From: Seison nebaliae
Taxonomy: Eukaryota
Direction of reading: 5' to 3'
NCBI GenBank assembly: GCA_023231475.1
Contig: JALJEE010000725.1
Location: 1 to 49,325 of the forward strand
Length of the DNA: 49,325 nt
This document shows, in pieces, positions 12,608 to 24,725 of the stretch. The first letter of the stretch is position 1; each line of letters opens with the position of its first letter. Position numbers and translations under genes: made by a program. The notes below the pieces were generated by a model. It made no database searches and was not told the DNA's origin. It worked only from the letters and a program-made list of their open reading frames with translations.

Positions 12608-13183
12608 TTAATTCACATAAATAACAATTTGGTTCTGTGTTTCGAGACAGAAAGTTTATTGTTGATCGAAAGTCGATTGGTTTGAAGATATCTTATCTAT
12701 CTTTCTTTTTTTTTGATTACAATGGTCAAGAGTGCAAAGTTCTTTATTTTGAAAGAAAACACTTCAAAAAATTACCTCCGAATCGAAGTTTTACCGAGAT
12801 AAATATATTTCATGTAGGAAAGATAATTGTTTACATAAAGAACAATAATTACTAAAAATTTATCTTCTATTTCTCATGGAAACTGTTAGAAATATCTTTT
12901 ATTTTTGGTGAGAGATATCGTAAAAATTAAAATTTATTATCCGAAATAATCAAAAGGAAATTCCTAAGATGATGACATGATCGTACAATGAAATTTCAAT
13001 CTAACAATCAATCACATTATACAAGAGAGATATTTGGACGAAAATAGAAAGAAAAAACTTAAATTTTAATCTACATCTATTTCAGGCTAAATTGAGAGAT
13101 GACTGACTAAGAAGTCTTTTTTTGAGAAACAAATAATAATAATAAACATCTACAAGATCGTATACGACACATCATTATTAGTT

Positions 13184-14948
13184 TCAGTAAGTTGTCGATG
13201 TTGGAATTTCATCGCCTTCACAAGTTCCACTCATTTGCTCCGTTTGATATATGTTCCTGGAGGAGGAGGAGAAAGAAACGGTTAATTGATGTTAATTCAA
13301 ATATGTGATAATATGATAATAATTAATAGAAAGAAAACGAATTTAATTGATATCAATTCCAATCTTATTCCCTTCTTTCAACATGCGCACATTAGATTGA
13401 GCGATTAATGTGCTCGTGCATTTAAAAGTACTTAATCATCTTAGCGCTTCTTCTCACACATACGAACATTCATTTCCTTTTGAAAAACAGAAGAATTTAC
13501 TAACATGTTGATCGAAGGTTTACGTACTTCGTTTGTTGAAACTTCTGGTAAATTAGGTATTGATGGAATGACGTTAATCTCTAATCGATCATTACCTACT
13601 TTTGAGGAACATAAAGTATCACTACCGCTACTTGATTCCTTTACAGATCCGTTTTCCGATTTACATTTACCAGTTTTTTTTACATCATTTATTTTATAAT
13701 ATTGTCCGTTAATTAAAGCGAATTGATCAGATGATGCATTGGAAGGTATTGTCGAATCATTCATTTGCTCAGGATTAAATGAAGAATAAGTGATGGTCGA
13801 TGGTTTAGGTGAGAATCTGATTGATGATGGTGCTCTTGATGTGGGTAAATTGACTGGTAACATCGAATAAAATAATTGTCCTAATCGATTCGTCTTATTG
13901 TCTGTACTGGAGATATCAGAGATTTGAGTGATCTCATTACTCTTGCCAGCTTTCTTTCGAATATTTCCAATTAATTTCTCCGTTTTTATTCGTTGATTCT
14001 CCGGTATCTGTTCAAGTATCGATGAGAATTCGGTATCAGTAAATGCTCTAAAACCGTTTGGCAATTCGGAAACGATTCCATCTTCGAACTTCAAATTGTT
14101 ATTCATATTATTATTGTTCGTTTCGAATTCTGCAGTCGCCTGATTTATTTCAGTGACTTTCAGTGAAGACAAAGGAAAAGAGATGAAGAGAAAAATTTAT
14201 TTCCGAAATCAACTACCCGAATAGAGAGTGGATTGAGAGTGACTACGAGATACACCTTCCAATTGCTGCGCATTATTATTCCATAATTGTGGCATCGGTT
14301 GCATAGGCAGACTGGTGGAGTTGTTGTATTGAACATTTTGAGCCAACGGGTCAACGATCCACATACCTAAAAAGTAAGTAAAATATAGAGTATCAAGAGA
14401 AGAGTAGTAAAGTAAACCTCCATCTTTATGATCGACATCTTCTTGGAACAACCAACCATCATATGGTTCGTCGTTAACTTTATAATACCAATTTCCGTTT
14501 AAAGGATTTCCATCCGGACCATTCCTCCACACATATCTACCACCATATGGATCGAGCGACGTCGGATCACAGTCCATACCATGCGCTAAATGATAATTTA
14601 TTTGAAATGAGAGTTAGGAGAAACCGTTGGGCTTAACACTGTATCTTCTTGAACGATAAGAACGACCACCGGCACCTTCGAACGTAACACAGTTGGCTTT
14701 CCGAATGACGGTGATGGCTAGTAGAGCAATAAGGACAATGATCAGACCTCCTCCAACTGCGATAGCTAAGGCTTTCCATAACTCGATAGGACGATTTAAG
14801 GGTGATACTTCGATGGGGGTAACTTGAATTGTTTAGTGAAATCTCTTAGAAATGGAAATGAGAAAGAACTTTGTCCTAAAATACCTTCAATTAGTACGAA
14901 GAAAAGGATGCCCAAATAATTTAGTGAGAGAAATACTAATTCTTCCAT
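13184..14948 (-). CDS. Orphan single-pass membrane protein with long Ser/Asn-rich cytoplasmic region; 3' end ambiguous (alternative last exons)
   Basis: Spliced: hydrophobic N-terminus MEELVFLSLNYLGILFFVLIE, TM ALAIAVGGGLIIVLIALLAITVI-RK, then ORFs 14209..14577 and 13441..14172 joined by GT-AG introns. Confidence 0.6.
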
Positions 14949-15349
14949 CCGAAAGATCTCTATCAGAGTTAAAGTCCAAGAATTTTTAAAGAATGTTTAA
15001 TAGATAAGAAGTGAAAAAAAAAGGTGGAAAGTAGTTCTCGAAATGAAAACTAAATGAAATTGAGGAAACTGAATTAAAATCAATGAAACTAATATGACAT
15101 TTCAATTTAAAACATTTCATATACTTTATTTGTACCTGTTTTATTTCTAAATATTTTAAATAAACTTCATCAAATAGATTAATAATTTCGGAAATAATCC
15201 AATTCACTTCTCCTCTACACTACAATAATGGTGTTCCTTAAACTTGTTGCGAATAATTCTCGCTCGGAATAGTATAGTCTAAAGATAGTGAAAAATCAGA
15301 AATCGATTCCATATCTATTAAAGATAGGTGTACTACTAGAGAACAACCG

Positions 15350-15742
15350 TTAAATATAACCATAAATATTATTAAAATTATTATTTTCTAATATACTCTC
15401 ATCTTCCACTTTTTCTCCGAAATTCGATTCTAAGTATTTGTCTTGTTGATCATACAGTGCCAATTTGGCAGCTAATATATCGGTGGCAGATAATGCTTTA
15501 GTTTGGGGACGATTCGTGGCAGCCAGTATGACGAATATTATCGAAATAACTATGAGTATGCTAAGTGCGGAAATGAGGATTACTTGGTATGTGCCTGGCA
15601 ATGAACCTGTACTACAAATCACTTCAACTTCCGCTAAAACTTTATCATCTGTAAATCATAAAGAAAAATTCTAGAAGGAACAAAAATAATCTAATGAACT
15701 GTTTAATAGAAATAATGTTAATAAGGTGAAATAGATCATCAT
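15350..15742 (-). CDS. Small orphan type I membrane protein (about 110 aa, very short ectodomain)
   Basis: Exon 1 MMIYFTLLTLFLLN splices in frame to ORF 15350..15622, which has TM VILISALSILIVISIIFVILAA and an acidic tail. Confidence 0.55.
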
Positions 15743-16153
15743 TGTTGAATAAGGGATAATTCGATAAAAAGAAAAGGAGGAAAACTTAATAAAATAAAAA
15801 TTGAATTGAATGTAAAACTAAAAAAAGAATTTAAGATTAGTTAGTTTCTTTTAAGGAATATTATATCTTAATATACACTCGCCAAATTCACCACCCAAAA
15901 TAGAGAAAATACCAATAAAACAATTCGGTTAGAATTTTATTTTCCTATTGTTTTCATCTCTCCAATCTCCTCCAATTAATCATTCCAATTAACTAATAAT
16001 TAATAAATTAATAGAACAATAGTGAAATTTCTTCCAAAATATTTTAAATTAACTAAATTTTATTTACTATTAGTTCTACAAAATTTCATTCCAACAGAAA
16101 CACATTGTAAAATATTTACTTGGAATAAATCATAATTGTCTCCAACGTTATCC

Positions 16154-17625
16154 ATGGTGAGTTCGAGACCGTTAATTTGTGGTTATATAATAACAATTTT
16201 AGTGTTCACATCTTATTATTATGATTCGATGACGGTTATGGTGAGGAAAGTGTATATAGAGAAAAGGAAATTCTCACCGATTAATCTTCAATTTATCGTT
16301 TACAATAAACCGGCGAAAGTTGGTGGAAGTACTTTATTTTCAATTTTAAGAAAATTTACTTTATTAACTGGTTATGAATCACTGATGGAATCGAATATCA
16401 ATTTAGTTTTACCAACTATCGATAATTTGATGGATAATGCTAAATCTCAAAACTTCTCCGATATATATATCATGGAGACGTTTCATGTAACAAAATTTAG
16501 GTTTCCAGATTTACCGATGAAAGTTATGGAAACGAATATTATCGATGATAATATTGAGAAGAAACAATTCGCTCTTTCCATTGTACGTGATCCGATTGAA
16601 ATTTTTATTAGTTATCTCTCGTACTATAACGGGAGACTTGCCGGAATTTCATTGTCAAAAATTGAGAAATTCATAAAAAAAATTAAGATAAATTTGAATC
16701 AATCCACAATGAACAAATCACATCAAGAAGTAGAAGTGAATTTTTTAAGGAATAATTTATGTCGGCATATTTGTGGAACTGATTATCCTTCGATGGTGAA
16801 ATTTGCAGATAATTCAAAAATATTGCGCGAGTATTTGAAAAAATTAAAGAAATATTATAATTTTGTCGGTTTGACTTCTCATTTCGAATTGACTCTATTA
16901 GCCTTGTCTAAATATCTGAAACATGATTTCTTCCTTTACACTTATATCAAAATTAATAAGAATAAGAAAATTTTTAAGAAATATCAGATAACAGAAAGTC
17001 AGAAAATGATTATCGGTGATTGGATGAAGTTACAATTTTCATAATGCACAACATCCATATAACCATTTGTAATAGAGTCGATAGGATGGTTTATCAAGAA
17101 TTCGAAAAATTATTTTGGAAGAAAGTTTCGAAATTATTTTCGAAAAAAACTGTGACTGAATATCGAAGTTTATCGAAAATCATTTCCATCAATGATACTC
17201 ATCATACTAATGTGATAGTAAAGGATATCGCTCGTTTTCGCGTTCTGAATAAACTGGTGAAATATTTATGTATTAATATGACTGGATATAATTACCTGTA
17301 TCAGACATCGAAAGCATCAACAGAATCATTTTATTTGAATAATAATCCATTTTGTCTCTTATATTCTCATCCGAATATCGATATATTGATGTTATATCGA
17401 CATTGGTACAAATGTAAATATAGTGAAACGGTTAACCTCCTTAAAACTCATTTAGAAACTTTTGATTGGCAATTACATGATGAGGACAACTACTTACTTT
17501 TACCTCTACTACAGAATAATAGTTGTTTTATTCCATTACCATATACACCGGCAATACCTGTTCGAATAGCATGGTATGCTCGAATGGTACCTTATGACAA
17601 TTTAGAATTTATGAATTTCTTATAA
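16154..17625 (+). CDS. Golgi type II sulfotransferase, galactose-3-O-sulfotransferase-like
   Basis: N-terminal TM; 5'-PSB-like YNKPAKVGGSTLFSIL; 3'-PB-like SIVRDPIEIFISYLSYY; FVGLTSHFELTL; an intron near 17029-17074 restores WMKVDRMVYQEFEKLFWKKV. Confidence 0.8.
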
Positions 17626-17771
17626 ATTTTCTCGAAATTCACATATTAAATAAATTAATAATAATCATTTTTATTTATTAATCATTTTATTTAAATTCAA
17701 AATAATTTATTAAATTTTTGATTCCATTCTCAATTTCGTTAATTAATAATCAATGAATAGGGTTAGTTATT

Positions 17772-18577
17772 TTACCCAGCAGACATGTTAGGGCAATAGA
17801 TACTGCCAGTCATTGTCAAACTTGAACTTTCTCTCAAAATCGAATCCAAACCAAACCAATCGCAATTGATAATTGAACATAAATTATAATTCAGTGAGTC
17901 TGCTTCCCAAAGAATAAAACGCCCGTCATAAACTTCATTTTCACTCACTTTACAAGATATTCTCTTATCGTCATGAATTTGAAGATGATTACATTTGACG
18001 CTAATTCTTCCTTTGTTCGTCAAAGCGTATAATAATAGAACAATATTTTCACACTTGAGGAATTTTTGGAAGCGAACCATCAACGCCATTGTTCGAAAAC
18101 CTCGAAAATAGTTATAATGATTTATATAAAACGAATCTGTTCCAATGTGTGTTTCTATAGGCCTATCCCATTGTGTTCGGAAATATATAAAGCAAACGTA
18201 ACTCAATAATTGTGTTCGATAATTATCGGAATTAAGTTCAATGGTACCTGCAATTGCGTTGTTCCTCTTCACTATCATCATATATAAATCATATAACTCT
18301 TTTAACGAATCAATTTTGGTAAATGAATGAAATGAGAACCTGCAACAAAATAAATCGGAAAGGTAGTTGGAGAACGGAGTACATTATATATTTGAGTGTT
18401 AGAGAAGTCCGTTATTGAAAAACCGACACAGTTAGTTTTTTTGGAGCATTGTAAGGCTAATTGTCTCTCATATGTACAATTGATGGGATTTCCAGTTGAA
18501 ACATATAATTTATATTCTACACAATAACTTAAGTGAAAGAGCAATATTTGATAAATAATGATTTTGACTAAAATCAT
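17772..18577 (-). CDS. Secreted Cys-containing orphan protein, paralog A (2 exons)
   Basis: Signal peptide; a phase-1 intron joins ORFs 18302..18577 and 17772..18281; clearly homologous to 19547..20353. Confidence 0.75.
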
Positions 18578-19546
18578 TATTGTACTGATTTGTAGAATTT
18601 GATTGAAGAGGTGACTTCAAATGACTTTAAATAATTTTCAGAAGACCAGAAAATTCTTTGTTCTTTTATATCATTGAAATGATTCGATATCCAAAAAAGA
18701 TATTTTTGTTAGACATTCATATTGAAACTTTTGTCTACTTACTCAACAAATTCCACATTTCCTGATATTTATCGACCAAAATCATCAAATATAACTGTTA
18801 TTCAATAAATTTGCTTACTGAATATGATAACATTTTACTTTCACTTTATCCACCTACGCTGAATGATTAATAAATTGACCAATTCGTTAATGTTAAGAAA
18901 CAAATGCTTTCATCTAAATGTCTATTGTTTTTCATGTGTTAATTGACCGAAGAATTAGAAAACCGATATATGGAAATTCTTAGGACTGGTGGTTTGCACG
19001 GTTGTTGATGTGATTGGGGGCAGATTGTAAGCCTATCTAAAAACTTTGTAGAATACAACGTTGTAAGCCTCAACCAAAAAATAGGACAGTTCTTAACCAA
19101 GTTTTTTATTCGTTCGAACAGTTCCCAACCTTTTTTTCTCAATTTTGGACAGTTCCCACAGACGATCTTAAGATAAACCTATGAACTGTATAATAATATA
19201 ATACGATCGATATATTGAATAAGTAATCGAATAATGTTTGTCAATATTGAACTACTGAATAAATAAATTAAACAATCGGTCTATTATCGAATTTTAAATT
19301 GAGTAACATTTTCCACAAAATTAACAAAGTTTAGAAAATTGAGAGATTAAATCGTTTATTATTATTAAATTACTAATGAAAACATAACATGAAAACATAG
19401 AAGAGTAAAATGAAATATCTATAAATTTCAAGAATATATTTCAGAAAAAAAAAAGTATAAACAATTTGAATTAAAAAAATGATTTACTAATTAACATGGA
19501 AATATGGTGAGTGGTCGAAAGAATGTAAAACTTTGTGCGGCCATTC

Positions 19547-20353
19547 TTAAGCAGAACAATTAATTTTGTTATTGATATAAATTTGATAATAGATAGATCC
19601 ATCGGCCATAATTCTTTCTAAGTCGAACCATTGACAATTGATTAATCTGCATAAAGTTGTTTCACTTCCTATCTCCAATTCAGTCTGAGAAATATAAGTT
19701 CCATTATAAAGTTTACCTTCCGTTGTAGTGCAAGATACCTTATTTCCTTCATAAACGGTCAAATGGTTACAAACGACTGAAATTTCTCCGAGTAAAGATT
19801 TAGCATTTATTCTCATGGTGATATTATCACACCTTAAGCGTTTCTGAAGATTAACCATTCCGATGAAACCACTCGTTCCACGAAAATAATTTCGATAACT
19901 AAGAAAAAAAGAATTTTTCATAAAATGCGTCGAAAACTGATAATTGGATGATAGTTCATATTTTAACAATGTTGTATCACTTGTTATATACTGAACATAA
20001 TTGTCATAAGTGATAACTATTGGTAGAGATGTGTCCGCTAAATTGATTTTTGCCAATAAATGGAATAATTCTTCATATTCTTTTTAAGAAATAAAAAAAA
20101 TTAAAAAAAACTGAACAACACCTTTAATCAGATACACAGGACCTCTGAATGGATTTTTTTTCAAATATTTTTGGCTGGTAAAGATCTGATCATTAAAGCC
20201 GAGACATTTATATGTCTTATAACATTTTATTGCCAATTCTTTGTTCAAAGTACAGTTTGGTCGACTTCCATCAGAAAAAGCTAAATTGTATTGAGCACCA
20301 CAAACCACATTCCATAGACATTTCACTAAAATTATAATAAAAATTTTTTCCAT
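19547..20353 (-). CDS. Secreted Cys-containing orphan protein, paralog B (2 exons)
   Basis: Signal peptide; same intron position and phase as paralog A; shared NCT..LA..C.K...C.GF, NYFRG, QK.L.C.NI, G.ISV.CNHL, LC..INC.WF.L..I. Confidence 0.75.
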
Positions 20354-20826
20354 TTTCAAAAATGAAGAAAAAGATAAAGTTTATCGAGCTCTTTGGAACT
20401 ACTCCTTTTATAATATTTTCAATTCTCTCCACAAAACAAATGACATGTATCGATCGAATATTTATTTTCTCCTTCAATATTCAAGTATCCAATTTTCGGA
20501 CGTGATAATTTATTTAGTGCATTTGCACTTTTCTATTGACAAGAAGGAATTAGGTTCCTTCTATTTGTGTCAAAAAATTGACTCTTTTTTTTCATTTTTG
20601 ATAAGCTTAGAAAAATTACTTTATAATAATTTCTAATTATATATATCCTCAAAATTTCAATTAACATAAATTTAATAAAAGAAGAAATAAATAAAATTAA
20701 TCAATTTTTACTTATGTCTAACTTACCTAATATATCGAAGTAGGACATTAATTTAATGATTCCTCTCATTCGTTTCCACAATAAATGAACATGATAATAA
20801 TCTGATTAAATGAGCGGCTCATTTTG

Positions 20827-23800
20827 ATGACGATGCAAAATATTAAAGAAAAGCAAAAAAGTTCAAATTTTTTCTGGTAATTCTCCAATTCATTTTCCTC
20901 CTAGATGTCATAGCAGATTGCCTCAATTTGAAATTGGGAAGTCAATTGATCAAGACATTCCAAGATCGAAATTCCATTCAATGGAAATTATTAATTTACG
21001 ATCGAACATCTCAAAACATCATATCTTCCTTATTCAACGTGAAGGAATTACGTCGTAGTGGAATCACTTTACATTTGTTCCTTTTATTTTCTCTTCTTTT
21101 CATTTTTTCAATTATTCAGATTAATCAATTCAGAAAGAGATACAATTCCTGACGTTCCTGCCATTTATCTCCTCGCACCAACCAAAGAGAACATCGCTCT
21201 CTTATGTAAAGTTAAAGAATATTTTCATTTTCAATAATTCTTTTAAAAAATTGTATATCTTTCAGAAATTCTATGTAATTTGTGAAAAAAGTAATTTTCA
21301 TTTTCAATAATTAAAAAAATTTTTTTTTCATTTTTTGTAATTTTTGAAAAATATTTATGAAAAAAAATTTTAATTTTGATTCATTTCTCAAAATAAAGGA
21401 TATAGCCTCATATAGTTACGATGAATATTATTTGAATTTCATTGAACCGATTTCTCGAACGTTATTAGAAGAAATTGCTCAAACTGCATTATCAGCAAAT
21501 GTCGCCGACTCAATAAAACAAGTTAAATTGTTTTTTATCGAATAATTAAATTTTCATTTACTTTTCCAGGTCTATGATTTGTATGTTAATTATGTGACAT
21601 TGGAACCGTCATTGTTCTATTGTTATTCGTCTCCTTATCGTCAATTGGATAATTCATCTCAAAAAGAATTAGCCGAATTACAACAAAAGAATCAGATGTC
21701 ATTGATTAAACATGAGAAGAATTTATATTATGAAATTATCGGAAACATTCCATCACTCGATTTATTGGCACCGATGTATTACAGTCTTCATTGTCCGAAT
21801 GTGGATGATAAGAAAATGGATTTATTAATTGATTCTATAACGAATTCTTTATTCTCTACAATCGCCACAATGAAACTCGTTCCGATTATTCGAACCACAA
21901 GAAGTTCATATTTTCCATATTTTTATTAAATATTTCTCAATATTTTTATTTTCATCATATCAATTAGATCATGCTGCAGAAATGATTGGAAGTTGTTTAG
22001 AACGAAAAATTTGTGATGATTTGAGAGACATTCGTAAAACATTATTTCAACCATCTACTTCCACCACTTCCACAATTCAAATAAGGTTTTTTTTTAATTT
22101 TTTAAATTAAATTTTTTTCTAATTTTTAAAATTAAATTTTTTTCTAATTTTTAAAATTAAATTTTTTTCTAATTTTTAAAATTTAATTTTTTTCTAATTT
22201 TTAAAATTTAATTTTTTTCTAATTTTTAAAATTTAATTTTTTTCTAATTTTTTAAATTTAATTTTTTTCTAATTTTTAAAATTAAATTTTTTTCTAATTT
22301 TTAAAATTAAATTTTGATAATTTTCAGAAATGAACGACCATTATTACTGATTATCGATCGTGATATCGATTTCGTTACACTTCTCCATCACACATGGACG
22401 TATGAAGCGTTGATTCATGATTGTCTTCAATTCCAATCGAATCGTGTTCGATATGCAGAAGAAACGATCAATAGTGCTGGTGAAAAGAAGGATGAGATTC
22501 GAACTTATGAAATTTCTGATAGAGATACTTTCTGGCAACAATATAGAGGAAGCCCATTTCCTATAGTAGCTGAAGCGATTGAGAAAGAATTGGAGAAATA
22601 TAAAGCGTCAGAAGATCATATAAAACATCTGAAAACTTCTTTAGTTTTTTTTTCTTTTAATTTTCATTTGTTATTATTAATTATTAAATTATTATTAATT
22701 AAATTTTCAGCATCTCAATAACGATAATGAAGAGGAGACGATTAATCTCCTTTCAGATACAACAGCACGAATCAATTCGGCAGTGAATTCTCTTCCAGAA
22801 ATGTTGGAGAAGAAACGACAATTAGATATGCACACCAATATCGCAACAGCTTTATTGCAACAAATCAAAGTTTTCATTCTGAAAAATTAACGAAAATTCA
22901 TTTTATCCAAATCTCTTTTAGAGTCGTCGATTAGATTTATATTTCGAAACGGAAGAAAAAATAATGAACAATAATTGTAATCTTGTTCGTCTTCAATTTT
23001 GGAGAGGAAAATTTTAATTTTAAATTTTAGGAAAAATCCGTCATAGATATCATTAAAGATCCACAAGGTTTCCGTTTTTTTTTTCAGAATTTTTTTTTCT
23101 TATTTTCATTTCAATTAGTGGGAACGATGGAAGATAAATTGAGATTATTCCTCATCTACTATCTATGTAATCAACAAATGACGGATGTTTGAATTAGAAT
23201 TATTTTCAAATTATTTTTATTTTTAGGCTATTGTCAATGAACATGAAAAAGCTTTAGCCAATGTCGGATGTGATACTCGTTCAGTGAAATATTTGAGACA
23301 TCTAAGAATTTTGGAGAAGAACAATAATTTGATAAATCCAAATCAAGGAACTGCTTTGAATTTCTTCGGAGAATCTGGAACAAAAACAATGAAGTTGATA
23401 ATTTTCCATGATAATTTCAAACAATAATTTTTTTTTCAATGATTTTCTTTAGTTTAATTTCAAATATCGTTTCAAAAGCTTCCAAAGTCGCCATGGATGG
23501 AGTGAAGAATTTAGTAGTAAAATCGCATAAATTGCCACTGACACGAATGTTGTTGAATACGATGTCAAATAAATTGGGAGTTGATGAACAATTGACTTAT
23601 ATCGATCCGAAACAACCGAAGTTAATTTTTATTTTTGAATAAAAAAAAATTTTTTTTTAAGAATTTCAATGAACTCTCAAAAATTGAATGGATCGACAAA
23701 TAATGAAAAACAATTAGGGAATAAACAACAATTTACGAATGCGATCGTGTTTGTAATTGGAGGTGGCAATTTTGTAGAGTATCAGAATATTAAAGATTTC

Positions 23801-24113
23801 CTCTCTCAATCACAACAAATGAACAATTCAAATATGACAATTACGAATAGTGGAAATGGCACCACATCCACCATGAAAGAATCGATGAATTCCGATTCGA
23901 TGAAACAACAGAATGGATTCTTTTCTAATTTTTCAGGTTTATATTTATTTGGATGATTAAATTATCTAATCGAATCTCATGATAATAGTAACACAATTCA
24001 CCAATTTAACAAATGGAAATAATTCGGATAAGAACGTCATTTATGGAAGTAGTCAATTGATTAATCCGTCGGATTTCATCGGACAACTCGCCCAATTGGG
24101 AAGTCAATTCTAA
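20827..24113 (+). CDS. SCFD1: Sec1/Munc18 family protein SLY1/SCFD1, about 15 exons
   Basis: WKLLIYD, VKELRRSGITLHL, IPDVPAIY, RPLLLIIDRDIDFVTLLHHTWTYEALIHD, GSPFPIVAE, LDMHTNIAT, AIVFVIGGGNFVEYQN, VIYGSSQLINP. Confidence 0.95.
22095..22315. repeat. Minisatellite, about 9 copies of a 25-bp unit (ATTTTTTTCTAATTTTTAAAATT(A/T)A) inside an SCFD1 intron
   Basis: Unit starts recur at 22111, 22136, 22161, 22186, 22211, 22236, 22261 and 22286. Confidence 0.95.
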
Positions 24114-24220
24114 ATATAATTAAATTGATGATATGATGACACTTTCGTTCTCGCTCCATGTCTCATTGGACGATTATTATCTAAGAAAATTTAAAATATT
24201 GAAAATTTTCTGAAGGAAAA

Positions 24221-24586
24221 TTAATCGAAATAAAATGAACGAGAATAAGAAAATTTTGCATTCTGATCTTGCCACGTCTCCGAATTTGGATCCATTTCCA
24301 AATATTCGCCTTGTTCTAAATGTATCGGTTCGGGTAATTCATCTATCATGGTTTTTTTTTTTCGTTTAAAAATAATTTTTTAAAAAATTGGAGATAAATT
24401 GATGGAAATGAAGAAAAAATGAAAAAAACCATATCGAATGATGGAATTAGAGATGTGAATTGGTTTAATGTTGTCAGTTAACATGATTGAACGAGAACCG
24501 ATAAAATAAGATTGAGATTGATGGAAAATTGTGAATAGTAAAATGATGAGAGAAAAGATGGAATTTCTTCGAATTTTATTTGACAT
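24221..24586 (-). CDS. Small secreted orphan protein (about 92 aa, 2 exons)
   Basis: MSNKIRRNSIFSLIILLFTIFHQSQS signal-like start; intron 24429-24343 joins in frame to DELPEPIHLEQGEYLEMDPNSETWQDQNAKFSYSRSFYFD*. Confidence 0.55.
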
Positions 24587-24725
24587 TTGGAAAATGATTA
24601 TTAATTGAAATAGAGAAGTTAGGTGTGAAAATGGTTTGATGAAGTTAATATATAAATTTAGACTATTCGAAATAGAAATAATGAAATCGATAAATTCCAA
24701 CTGTTCCGATAAATAAATCCACTCG

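Noticed and set aside
22095..22315. 25-bp repeats as a CRISPR array
   Set aside because: No unique spacers; head-to-tail minisatellite in a eukaryotic intron.
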